Positions 16,664 to 24,799 are shown, counted from the stretch's first letter. The stretch is DNA of 24,799 bases from Polyangiaceae bacterium (GCA_044222475.1 JBGANF010000117.1:1-24799); one strand, 5' to 3'. Made by a program: numbers and translations. Notes: generated by a model not told the origin, from the sequence alone.

Positions 16664-17500
16664 TCACTTCGCGTCGTCGTGCTTGCGCGACTTCATCGCG
16701 CGAAGGTAGGCGATCAGCGCGTCGAGGTTCGCCTCGGTGAGGTCCGGGTGCGCCGGCATGTTGCCGTAGCGGAACGCGAGCGGGTTCTTGATGTACGCCC
16801 GCACCTGATCCTCGGGGCGGTACTCGAGCACGTTCTGCGGCACGGCGAGATCGGGCCCCACGCGTCCACCCTCGCGGTTGATCGCGTGGCACTTGAAGCA
16901 CCGATCGCGGAAGAGGTGGTAGCCGACCATCGCCGGGTCCGACTCGGGGAGCTCGCCGGGGCTCGTGTGGGGGTACGCCGCTTCGAACCGGAGCATCTCG
17001 ATCTTCACGAGCTGCCACGGGCGCGGGTGCGCTTCGAGCTCGCTCTGCTCGGGCTTTTTCCACACGACGTAGAACGGTGCGGGGTTCGCTTGCTGCGGGC
17101 CAATCGGCTCCCACGCGGCGACGTCGAGATCCTCGAAGGCGACGTAGCCGCCGTCCTCGATCGCGAGTGCGCCGCGGAAGTAGACCGCGTAGCCGTCCTT
17201 CGCGCGGAAGATGAACTCCTTCGACTCGAGCGCCGTCTCACCGGCGAAGCCGAGCTCGAGTACGCGCTTCAGCGGCAGCGCGTGGAAGCGCTTCTCCTTC
17301 TTGTAGTAGGGGTCCCACCCGATCACCGTCTCGACAGGGATCGACTTCGAGAGCTCGGCGAGCGCGATCGCGCGCACCTCGGCGCCGTCCTTCGTGAAGG
17401 TCAACGTGGCCTTGGGGTCGCCACCCGCCGACGCGCTCGTGCCTTCCGTCTTCTTCGCGCACGCCGCGAGGAGCACGAGCGCGATCATCGCCTTACGCAT
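16664..17500 (-). CDS. Monoheme cytochrome c lipoprotein with N-terminal molybdopterin-oxidoreductase-like domain
   Basis: Lipobox LAAC. FRAKDGY and PFYVVW...PWQLVKIE resemble the SUOX-type fold. C-terminal class I cytochrome: CFKCH..GG.VGPDL...MPA..LIAYL. Confidence 0.8.
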   Translation of the reverse strand: MRKAMIALVLLAACAKKTEGTSASAGGDPKATLTFTKDGAEVRAIALAELSKSIPVETVIGWDPYYKKEKRFHALPLKRVLELGFAGETALESKEFIFRAKDGYAVYFRGALAIEDGGYVAFEDLDVAAWEPIGPQQANPAPFYVVWKKPEQSELEAHPRPWQLVKIEMLRFEAAYPHTSPGELPESDPAMVGYHLFRDRCFKCHAINREGGRVGPDLAVPQNVLEYRPEDQVRAYIKNPLAFRYGNMPAHPDLTEANLDALIAYLRAMKSRKHDDAK

Positions 17501-18134
17501 CGGCCCTCCGTCGGGCGTCGATCGCGAACGGGACGAACACCACGTAGTAGAGGACGTCGGGCACGACGCGGAAGAGGTGAAGGACGTCGGCCTTGGTGAC
17601 CAAGAGCAGAACGTCGATGCTGGCCCACGCGAGGTACTGCACGAGCTCGAATGTGAAGAGCCTTCGTTCGAGCGCGGTGCTCCTGCGCTTCATCGCGAAG
17701 CCGTAGACGAGCAGGAACCCGAGGAAGAGCGCCTCGTACGTGAGGTACGTGGTGCGCGTGTCCGACGAGATCGACGTCGTCGCGCGGAAGAACTGGGCAG
17801 CGAGCGGCACGACGAACGCGAGGACGACCGCGATGGCCAGCACGACGATCGGCTTCCGCTTCGGCGCCCGCGCCTCCTCGACGAGGAGGTAGTAGCGGAA
17901 GTCGCCGATGATCACGAAGCTGACGCCGAAGAACGTGGCCCACGGCGTGTTGGCCGGGACCGGAGTGAGCGCGCCGTTCGCGTACGCATCGCCGGCGATG
18001 AGCAGCGCGAAGAGCACGCCCCACACGCGGAGAAATCCGCGCTGTCGCATCGCGTAGAAGAGTACGATGGGCGTCGCCACCCACGGCAACACGGGTAAGA
18101 CCCACGGGCTCTGGGCGAAGCTCTGGAACGACAT
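17493..18134 (-). CDS. Hypothetical polytopic membrane protein
   Basis: About seven hydrophobic segments. Overlaps the downstream cytochrome gene by 8 nt. Confidence 0.75.
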   Translation of the reverse strand: MSFQSFAQSPWVLPVLPWVATPIVLFYAMRQRGFLRVWGVLFALLIAGDAYANGALTPVPANTPWATFFGVSFVIIGDFRYYLLVEEARAPKRKPIVVLAIAVVLAFVVPLAAQFFRATTSISSDTRTTYLTYEALFLGFLLVYGFAMKRRSTALERRLFTFELVQYLAWASIDVLLLVTKADVLHLFRVVPDVLYYVVFVPFAIDARRRADA

Positions 18135-19173
18135 GGATCAAGCGCGAGAGGTGGAAGAGAGCGTCGCCCTCTTGAGAGATCGAGCGGCGCGCCTCCCGGA
18201 GGAGCTAACACGGGCGGCGCTCGGAGAGAACCGCCCGCTGCCTCTCCCGCGCGGGGATCGGACGCGCTTCGTCGTCTCCGGCCTCGGGGCAAGCGAGGGG
18301 CCGGCGCGCGTCCTGTGCGCCGTCCTCGCCGAGGTGGGCCTGGCCGCGGTGTATGCACCGGTGAGCGCGTTCTTCGCGGCAGCACCGCCGCCAGGTGACG
18401 TCCTCGTCATCGTCTCGCAGCGACTCTCGCCCAACGCGCGCATCCCACTTCGGTATCGCGCGGCGTACCCCGAGGTCGTCCTCGTGACGACGCTCGACCC
18501 GTCGAGTGACGCTCGAGTCGGCGAGCTCGCGCGCTCCGGCGTTCGCGTCCTCGTTCACTCGCCGGCCGAAGAGGACCGTCTCCTCCTCCGAGTGCTCGGA
18601 CCGGCTGCCGCGTCGGTGTGCGTCACCCGTGCCGCGCTAGGCTCCGCACGCGAGCTCGGCGTCGTCCCAAATTGGGCCAGTGCGCTCGGGGAAGTGCCCG
18701 CCGCGGTCGCTGCCGCGCTCGCGCGCGGGCAGCGGAGCGATACGGACCTCTTCGCGCATTGGGTCGCGCTCGTCTGCGGCGGAGGCTGCACCGAGGTGCT
18801 TCAGCTCGTGCGCGTGAAGCTCGTCGAGGGGCTCGGCCTCGTCGATCCGCCGGTGTGGGACGCGTGCGGAGTGGTCCACGGTCCGTTCCAGGCGTTCTTC
18901 GAGCGCTCGCTGACGCTCCTCTACTTTCATCGCAAGGACGACCCGGCCGGTAGGCTCCTGCTCGATCGCCTCGAGCGATCCATCGTGGCCGAGCGCCATC
19001 GAGTGTGGGTCCACGAAGGTACGCTGCCAGGACCGTTGATCCTGTTCGAGCACGACGCCGCGGTGTTGGGTCTCGTCCTTGCGACTCTCGCCAAGCACCC
19101 GCGGAACTTGATCCGCTGGCCAGGCAAGGGCGCCGATGGCCCGGTCTATGCGGTGGAAGGGACGGAAATCTGA
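18133..19173 (+). CDS. SIS (sugar isomerase/phosphosugar-binding) domain protein, divergent
   Basis: FVVSGLGASEG and DVLVIVSQRLSPNA resemble SIS blocks (GxGxS; lvi.iSq). The second half has KLVE...VVHGP as in GlmS-type SIS2. Start uncertain (18133, 18151 or 18172). Confidence 0.65.
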   Translation: MDQAREVEESVALLRDRAARLPEELTRAALGENRPLPLPRGDRTRFVVSGLGASEGPARVLCAVLAEVGLAAVYAPVSAFFAAAPPPGDVLVIVSQRLSPNARIPLRYRAAYPEVVLVTTLDPSSDARVGELARSGVRVLVHSPAEEDRLLLRVLGPAAASVCVTRAALGSARELGVVPNWASALGEVPAAVAAALARGQRSDTDLFAHWVALVCGGGCTEVLQLVRVKLVEGLGLVDPPVWDACGVVHGPFQAFFERSLTLLYFHRKDDPAGRLLLDRLERSIVAERHRVWVHEGTLPGPLILFEHDAAVLGLVLATLAKHPRNLIRWPGKGADGPVYAVEGTEI

Positions 19174-19332
19174 CGCCGTTTCGCTCCAAAACGCGGCTGA
19201 AATCCGCCCGTTCCGGCCTCTCCCGCCGACGGTGGACACGGCGAGTGGGTCGAAGTAGGATTCCCGAATCTTTGCCCCCTTTGAATGCCGGCGTTTGCCG
19301 CGCAACGAAACGGAATGACGAGGTCTGCAGCG

Positions 19333-19485
19333 ATGACGAACACGAACGATCCGCCGAAGCCTGAGGGGAAAAAGCTCCCTTACACCAAGCCCCAGTTGGT
19401 GGTTCTCGGCACCGTCCGTGAGCTGACCGGATCGGGCACGGGTTCGATCCAAGAGCTTCCCGGAGTTCCGTCCCCGAAGCCCTGA
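19333..19485 (+). CDS. Lasso peptide precursor (A)
   Basis: MTNTNDPPKPEGKKLP-YTKPQLVVLGTVRELTG-SGTGSIQELPGVPSPKP. Tyr-17, Pro-14, Leu-12, Gly-8 and Thr-2 are all in the canonical leader register, with Glu at core position 8. GAGG lies upstream and the cyclase follows directly. Confidence 0.92.
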   Translation: MTNTNDPPKPEGKKLPYTKPQLVVLGTVRELTGSGTGSIQELPGVPSPKP

Positions 19486-19499
19486 GCTCGCTCGCGCGC

Positions 19500-20849
19500 A
19501 TGGGTCCGTTGGCGCATCTCTCACGCGCAGACGACAAGAACTACTCGACGCCGTACGGCCCCGTCTCCTCCGCCCTAGCTACGCGCGCCTCCGGCGTCGA
19601 CGAAGTGGCGTTGGCGGAGCACCTGCTGTCGTGCTTTCCGAGTGAGCTCGATCGTACCGCCCGTAGGAGCGTCACGCGCATCGTGCCGTCGTCCGGCGGT
19701 CCGCGGGCCTTCGATGACTCGATCTCCGACCACGAGCTGGTCGCGGCGGTCTGGGCCGCGGTTCGACGCGCGGTCGAGGTGTCGATCGACGGCGCTCGTC
19801 GGGTCGCCGTCGGCCTGGGCGGCATCGACTCGTCGGGGCTGCTCGCCGCGATGTGCGAACTCCGGCCCGCCGCCGACGTGGTCGCCTACACGTTCGACTA
19901 CGACCGAGCAGCGGACGTCCCCTACGCCCGCGAGCTTTGCGACGCCTACGGCGTGGAACTCCGGGTGCAGAAGCTCGACGGAGCACTGCCCGACCTCTCG
20001 CGCGGCCTCGTGATCGACGGCCTTCCGCACTGGAGCTTCAGCGGCGCGCACGAGCTCCATTTCCAGCGTGTACTCGCGGAGGACGGTGTCGATCGCGTGC
20101 TCACGGGTGTCTACGGTGACGACATCCTCGGTGGCGAACCCTCGATGCTCGGTGCCTCGATTGCAACCCATCCGCTGCGCACGCTGCGTGTCCTCGAGCA
20201 CATCGAGACGCCGTACCCGCGAACCCTCGCGCAGCGCGTGCGATCCACGATCGTCGCGCCCCTCGCGCGTCGTGCTGTGCCCACGCCGCTGCACGACGCA
20301 CGGGTCGGTCGCGCGTTTCGCGCACGGGCTCCGTGGTTGTCGAAGCAGGTCTTTCGGCTCGGGCGAGGCGGCATCGCGGCGTCGGCGCGAGGATTCATTC
20401 CTCCACTGAACCCGCGGGAGTGGCGGGCCGAGATCGCTCGTCGAGTGACGCGATCCTGGGGCCCACGTACGCAGGCGGTCGTGCAGGGTGGCGTGTCGCG
20501 TGCCGACCCCTACGTCGAGGACGATTTCGTCGCGTTCTTCAGCGGCATACCGTTCGAACGACTCTCCCTCGGCGACGTGCATCGAGGCTTGTTTCGCCGT
20601 GCGCTGCCGCGTCGCGTACCGGACTCGGTTCGCCGACGGCAGTCGAAGGGCGTCGTGACCGACGACTTCGTCCGACTCGCGCGCGCGGGCGAGGAAAGCC
20701 TCCGCCCGTTCTCGTCCGTCGACCGTCTCTCCACGCTCGGCCTGGTCGACCGCCCGCGCTTTCACCAGGCGTTCGTCCAGCATGGCGCGAGCCATGCTCT
20801 CGTGTGGTCCGTGCTGAGCGCCGAGGCGTTCCTTCGGGATCTGGCATGA
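19500..20849 (+). CDS. Lasso peptide cyclase (C), asparagine synthetase-like
   Basis: GGIDSS, VLTGVYGDDILGG, DPY.EDDFVAF and RGLFRRAL..RVPDSVRRRQSKG. No N-terminal Cys glutaminase domain. Flanked by precursor, RRE and peptidase genes. Confidence 0.88.
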   Translation: MGPLAHLSRADDKNYSTPYGPVSSALATRASGVDEVALAEHLLSCFPSELDRTARRSVTRIVPSSGGPRAFDDSISDHELVAAVWAAVRRAVEVSIDGARRVAVGLGGIDSSGLLAAMCELRPAADVVAYTFDYDRAADVPYARELCDAYGVELRVQKLDGALPDLSRGLVIDGLPHWSFSGAHELHFQRVLAEDGVDRVLTGVYGDDILGGEPSMLGASIATHPLRTLRVLEHIETPYPRTLAQRVRSTIVAPLARRAVPTPLHDARVGRAFRARAPWLSKQVFRLGRGGIAASARGFIPPLNPREWRAEIARRVTRSWGPRTQAVVQGGVSRADPYVEDDFVAFFSGIPFERLSLGDVHRGLFRRALPRRVPDSVRRRQSKGVVTDDFVRLARAGEESLRPFSSVDRLSTLGLVDRPRFHQAFVQHGASHALVWSVLSAEAFLRDLA

Positions 20850-21640
20850 CGGTGCGCTGGCTCCACGAAGACGTTCAAAGGGGGGCGGTCACGTACCGGC
20901 TCGGCCGAGACGGCGACGTGGTCGTCGCCGAGTGGACGCACGTCGCGACGTACCGCAGCGATCGCTTGCCACGACTGCTCCCTCAGGCCGGCGCAGACTC
21001 GACGCGGGTCGAGAAGATCCAGTCTGGCTCGGCCCGGGCGCTCGACCGCGCGCTCGAGGGGCGCTGGTCCTTTCACGGCGCAGCGTTCGCCCTCGGCGGC
21101 GAGGGCGTCCTCCTGGTGGGCGAGAGCGGCGCCGGCAAGTCGACCATCGCGGCCGCCACCGTCGCCTCCGGCGGCGAGCTCCTCGCCGACGACATCGCGT
21201 TCGTGGACGACGTCGCGGGCGTTCTTCACCTCGTACCAGGGGAGCGTCATCACTGGATCGCCCCCGTGGACGCCGATCGACTCGGCACCGTGAATCCTCC
21301 ACGCGCCGTCTCGTCCAACGAAGGTGGAAAGTCCCCGTTTGCGGCGCGCTCGGTGGCGGACCATCCCGTCCCCCTCCGCATGGTCTGCGAGCTCGTCGCC
21401 GACTCCGGCGTGGCCGAGCCTACGCTCGAGCCGCTGCGGGGCGCCGAGGCCATGCGCGCGATCTCTCCCGCGCTCTTTCTTCTCCCTTCCGAGGATCCCG
21501 TTGCGCTCGCCGCCCACTTCGATTGGGTCGCGCGGGTGGCGCAAGAAACCGAGGTCGTTCGGCTCCGGCGTCCCGTCGCGGCCGACCCCGCGCTCGTGGC
21601 GGCCGCGATCCGCCATGCTAGGATGCATCGCCGTGGCTGA
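20846..21640 (+). CDS. HPr kinase-like P-loop kinase (lasso-cluster tailoring kinase)
   Basis: ATGA overlap at 20846. FHGAAF..GGEGVLLVGESGAGKST (His plus Walker A) and LLADD. Confidence 0.87.
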   Translation: MTVRWLHEDVQRGAVTYRLGRDGDVVVAEWTHVATYRSDRLPRLLPQAGADSTRVEKIQSGSARALDRALEGRWSFHGAAFALGGEGVLLVGESGAGKSTIAAATVASGGELLADDIAFVDDVAGVLHLVPGERHHWIAPVDADRLGTVNPPRAVSSNEGGKSPFAARSVADHPVPLRMVCELVADSGVAEPTLEPLRGAEAMRAISPALFLLPSEDPVALAAHFDWVARVAQETEVVRLRRPVAADPALVAAAIRHARMHRRG

Positions 21641-21920
21641 GCTGTCCCCCACCACCCGACTCGCTCCAAAAGAGCACGTTCACGTCCGCGAGTTCGACGG
21701 CGAGCTCGTCGTGCTCGACCTGAAGAAGGGCGAGTACTACGCGCTCCGCGAGGTCGGTGTCCTCGCGTGGCAGCGGATGGCGGCGGGGAAGACCTTCGAG
21801 GAGGTCGCGGTCGAGGTGGCCGGCAGCTATGACGTGGCTGTCGCAGTCGCCCTGAACGACCTCCTGGCGTTGGGCAACGAATGGGTCGGGCGTGGGCTCG
21901 TGGAACCAGTGGCACCATGA
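21633..21920 (+). CDS. PqqD-family RiPP recognition element (lasso B1)
   Basis: GTG 21633. VHVREFDGELVVLDLKKGEYYALREVGVLAW...EVAGSYDV...DLLAL...GLV is a typical PqqD/RRE pattern, 95 aa. Confidence 0.9.
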   Translation: MAELSPTTRLAPKEHVHVREFDGELVVLDLKKGEYYALREVGVLAWQRMAAGKTFEEVAVEVAGSYDVAVAVALNDLLALGNEWVGRGLVEPVAP

Positions 21921-22294
21921 GGCTCGCGGGTGAGAACGCGGTGATGGTGAGCTCACATTTCCTTCATCTTGTCGCGATGATCGGGCTACGGACGCTTGGA
22001 CGCACGCCGTTCGGAGTGGACCGTACGGTCCGCATGGTCCGCAAGCTCGGGCGGCGCCTTCCCCCCATGGATCGTGAACAAGCGCGCACAGTTGCGGGCA
22101 AGCTCAGGGCGGGCACCTGCCTCACCCGCGCCATGACGGTCTCCGCGCGGTGGCCCGGATCGGTCGTCGTGGTGGGCGTTCGAGCGGGAAAAGCAGTGCC
22201 TGAGGGGTTCGGCGCCCACGCGTGGGTGGAGCGAGAAGGCATGCCTTTGAGGCTGGAAGACCCCGAGGGCGCGGTTATCGCCAGGTTTGCATGA
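21917..22294 (+). CDS. Lasso leader peptidase (B2), transglutaminase-like
   Basis: ATGA overlap at 21917. TCLTRA...VVVGVR...FGAHAWVE gives the Cys-His-Glu triad. Confidence 0.9.
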   Translation: MRLAGENAVMVSSHFLHLVAMIGLRTLGRTPFGVDRTVRMVRKLGRRLPPMDREQARTVAGKLRAGTCLTRAMTVSARWPGSVVVVGVRAGKAVPEGFGAHAWVEREGMPLRLEDPEGAVIARFA

Positions 22295-22334
22295 TAGTTG
22301 CTTCGTCGGTATGGTCGGGAAAAGGAGTCGCGTA

Positions 22335-23258
22335 ATGGCTATTCGGTCACGTGTGCTGGTGGTGGGGTGCGTCGTCCTCGGGTCCGGGCTCGGCTCCGGG
22401 GCGATGATGGTCGGCTGCAGCGGCGACGACACCACGGTTCCGATCGACGGCTCCGTGGACAGCCAGCCCGACAACTCCGTGGTCGACGTCGTCGTACCGG
22501 ACGTGAAGGACTCGGGGCCGCCGGACTCGGTGTTCATCGACAACTACGTCTACGACGCATCGGCCATCCAGAACTTCATGACGGCCCAGGTGGCCAACAT
22601 GTGCGCCCGCTACGCGCAGTGCTGCTTCGGCAGCGATGCGTCGGCCTTCGACACGACGAAATGCAAGGACACCATCAAGAACGGCGTCGACTTCAACCTC
22701 CGTCCGCTGCTGGAGAGCCCTGCCGTCGTGACGGGCGGGCGCCTGAAGCTCGATCAAACCGCCGCGACGACGTGTCTCGCCGAGGCACTCACCTTCAGCT
22801 GCCCGTCCGCTCAGGCGACCGAGTCCTCCAAGTTCGCGGTCGACTGCTACACCGCCGTCCAAGGGACGGTGCCAAACGGGCAACCGTGCAACGCAAGCAT
22901 CGAGTGCGCGAACGGCTACTGCGTCGCCAACGCGGACGCCGGGGACGCGGGCAGCGGCCTCTGCACCGCGCTCAAGGGCTCCGGCCAGGGCCCGTGCGGG
23001 CTCCGCAACGAGGAGTGCCAGTCGCGCGGCTACCTCGGAACGGCGGCTCGGTGCGACGTGAAGGCCGCCGATGGCGGCACCGGTTCGTTCACCTGCGGCG
23101 CTCGCATCGCGAACGGCGCGTCCTGCAGCTACAACTGGGAGTGCACGAGCGGTCTGTGCGACTTCGCCAGCGGCAAGTGCCAGGCGAGCGCGGTAACCGT
23201 GACGCCGGGCATCTGCACCTTCTGGACGTTGCCCCAGGACGCTGGTGGCGGCGGCTGA
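22335..23258 (+). CDS. Cys-rich lipoprotein (myxobacterial type)
   Basis: RBS AAAAGGAG before ATG 22335. Lipobox MVGC, acidic linker, CARYAQCC, and repeated NGxxCxxxxECxxGxC units. Confidence 0.82.
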   Translation: MAIRSRVLVVGCVVLGSGLGSGAMMVGCSGDDTTVPIDGSVDSQPDNSVVDVVVPDVKDSGPPDSVFIDNYVYDASAIQNFMTAQVANMCARYAQCCFGSDASAFDTTKCKDTIKNGVDFNLRPLLESPAVVTGGRLKLDQTAATTCLAEALTFSCPSAQATESSKFAVDCYTAVQGTVPNGQPCNASIECANGYCVANADAGDAGSGLCTALKGSGQGPCGLRNEECQSRGYLGTAARCDVKAADGGTGSFTCGARIANGASCSYNWECTSGLCDFASGKCQASAVTVTPGICTFWTLPQDAGGGG

Positions 23259-24780
23259 TCCGAAGCCGATAAGCCCAGTTCTTTGCGCCTCGCTCGTCGT
23301 TCTCGAGCGAGGCGCATTGTTATTTGGCGCCGTCGGCGCGGCCCGCGCCGACGTCCGGTGGGCGGTGTTCGGGAGCGTCGTCACGGGTGCCGCCTTCCTT
23401 GCCCGCTCGTCGGCGTTCTCCGCCCGCGTCCGCCGTCTCGAGATCGCCACCTACGACGATCTCCTCGACGCCGCTCACGGAACCCGAGACCCCGGTCTCA
23501 CGCCCACCGCCCTGCGCGCGGCGCTCGCGCGCGGCGTCGACTCGATCGCGTCGCTGCGTGGCCGCATCGTCCCTGGGATGATCGGCGAGGCCGTCGCGGC
23601 GGCGCTCATCGCTCCCTACGTCGTCGCGACGATCCCGCATCACGCCCTGCTGGCCCTCCTCCTCGGGGCGCTCGCCGCAGCGGCGGTCGCGCTCCTGTTC
23701 CGCCGTGCAGCCCTCGCGCTCTCCCGCGGCACGTTCGAGCTCCACGAGGCCGCGTTTCGAGCGGTCCTCGACGGGCTGGTCGGTCGCGAGGACATCGTCG
23801 CCGCCGGCAGCGCCGCACCGTACAAGGCGCGGGTGCAGGAGCGCACCCACGCGTGGGGCCGCATGCAGCTCCGCGCTGCGGTCGGCGGGGCGCTCCTCGG
23901 TCGCGCGCCCGCCCTGGTCGCGATCGCGGTCGGCGTCGCCGTCTTCGTGCTGCTCGACCGCGACGGGCACCCGCTCGACATGGCGCCGGCAGGGGCGCTG
24001 CTCCCGTCCTTCGGCGGGATCCTGCTCGGCGCCGCAGAGTGGGCGCAGCTCGAGCCGCGCACGAAGGACCTGCGTCGCGTGCTCGGCGCCGCCCGCGAGC
24101 CGCCGGGCAAACCCACGGTGAAGGCCCTCCTTCCGGTCACGACCGATGCCGTGCGTGTCGAGTTCGGGGACCGCGTTGCTCTCGACGGAGTGACCGTCGC
24201 CTTGGACGGTCCGAAGCTCGTGGTCCTCGCTGGCCCGAACGGCTCGGGGAAGAGCACGCTTCTTCGCGCGCTCCTGGGGATCGTTCCGCTCGCCAAGGGC
24301 GAGATACGGTTCGCCGGGACGGCGCTCGGCGACGTCGACCTCACGTCGCTCCGCCGGCGCGTCACGTACCTGTCGCAGCGCCCCCACTTTCCCACGATGG
24401 CGACCGTGCTCGAGGCGATGTCGTTCCTCGACGCGACGAGCGACGCGGCCGCGATGGAGGCGCTTCGGCGCGTCGAGGTGGTCGATGCGCTCCGCACGCA
24501 CTCGCCGACCGACCCGCTCTCCGTTCCGGTCGACTCTATGTCCGGCGGCGAGCGGCAGCGCGTCGCCCTCGCCCGCGCGCTCCTTCGCGACGCCGAGGTT
24601 CACCTCTTCGACGAGCCCGACGCGAATTTGGATCGGCGCGGGATCGAGATGGTGGTCGAGATCCTGCGTGAGTTGTCGAAGAAGTCGCTCGTCGTCGTCG
24701 CGGGTCACACCGAAGAGGTGATCGCCGCCGCGGACGTCGTCATCCGGCTCGACCACGGTCGCGTGGTCAAGGCTCCGTGA
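23245..24780 (+). CDS. ABC transporter, fused permease/ATP-binding (probable lasso exporter D)
   Basis: N-terminal TM helices, Walker A GPNGSGKST, Q-loop YLSQ, signature MSGGERQR, Walker B/D-loop HLFDEPDANLD and H-loop AGH. Start uncertain. Confidence 0.85.
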   Translation: MAAADPKPISPVLCASLVVLERGALLFGAVGAARADVRWAVFGSVVTGAAFLARSSAFSARVRRLEIATYDDLLDAAHGTRDPGLTPTALRAALARGVDSIASLRGRIVPGMIGEAVAAALIAPYVVATIPHHALLALLLGALAAAAVALLFRRAALALSRGTFELHEAAFRAVLDGLVGREDIVAAGSAAPYKARVQERTHAWGRMQLRAAVGGALLGRAPALVAIAVGVAVFVLLDRDGHPLDMAPAGALLPSFGGILLGAAEWAQLEPRTKDLRRVLGAAREPPGKPTVKALLPVTTDAVRVEFGDRVALDGVTVALDGPKLVVLAGPNGSGKSTLLRALLGIVPLAKGEIRFAGTALGDVDLTSLRRRVTYLSQRPHFPTMATVLEAMSFLDATSDAAAMEALRRVEVVDALRTHSPTDPLSVPVDSMSGGERQRVALARALLRDAEVHLFDEPDANLDRRGIEMVVEILRELSKKSLVVVAGHTEEVIAAADVVIRLDHGRVVKAP

Positions 24781-24799
24781 CGAGCGGACAAGTCGCGTC

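Noticed and set aside
18133..19173. SIS protein as part of the lasso operon
   Set aside because: It is co-oriented but separated by a 159-bp spacer that could hold its own promoter, and no functional link is evident.
20333..20845. N-terminal extension of the kinase ORF, and likewise 21324-21632 for the RRE and 6279-6623 for the lipoprotein
   Set aside because: These are out-of-frame overlaps with upstream genes. Coupled starts at 20846, 21633 and 6624 fit the domain boundaries.
19500..20849. Housekeeping asparagine synthetase AsnB
   Set aside because: It lacks the N-terminal Cys glutaminase domain and sits among precursor, RRE and B2 genes.
1..24799. CRISPR arrays, tRNA/rRNA, IS elements, integrases
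   Set aside because: No regularly spaced DNA repeats, RNA gene signatures or transposase/integrase motifs were seen. The repeats present are protein-level or the cytochrome duplication.

Overview
High-GC bacterial window, most likely a myxobacterium of the Polyangiales type. This is inferred from a MYXO-CTERM tail, Cys-rich lipoproteins, DA(G/S)-rich linkers and an ECF/FecR module. About 27 genes are supportable. Two systems stand out. (1) A minus-strand cytochrome cluster (221-3803) has two tandem paralogous triheme lipoproteins, a fused monoheme/beta-barrel protein with Cyc2-like architecture and a MYXO-CTERM monoheme cytochrome, 8 CxxCH motifs in total. It is a candidate outer-membrane electron conduit and is divergent from a beta-barrel/ECF sigma/FecR-TPR/Cys-repeat lipoprotein/esterase operon. 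(2) A lasso peptide cluster (19333-24780) has a precursor with a canonical leader and predicted core SGTGSIQELPGVPSPKP, a shortened cyclase, an HPr-kinase-like enzyme, split B1/B2, an inserted Cys-rich lipoprotein and an ABC exporter. Between them lie an AT3-SGNH O-acyltransferase coupled to a cupin, a B12-radical SAM with a TPR-like tail, a REC-EAL regulator, a beta-propeller lipoprotein, another cytochrome c lipoprotein and a SIS-like protein. No rRNA, tRNA, CRISPR array or mobile element was seen. All family calls come from motif recognition by eye; no database search was run.
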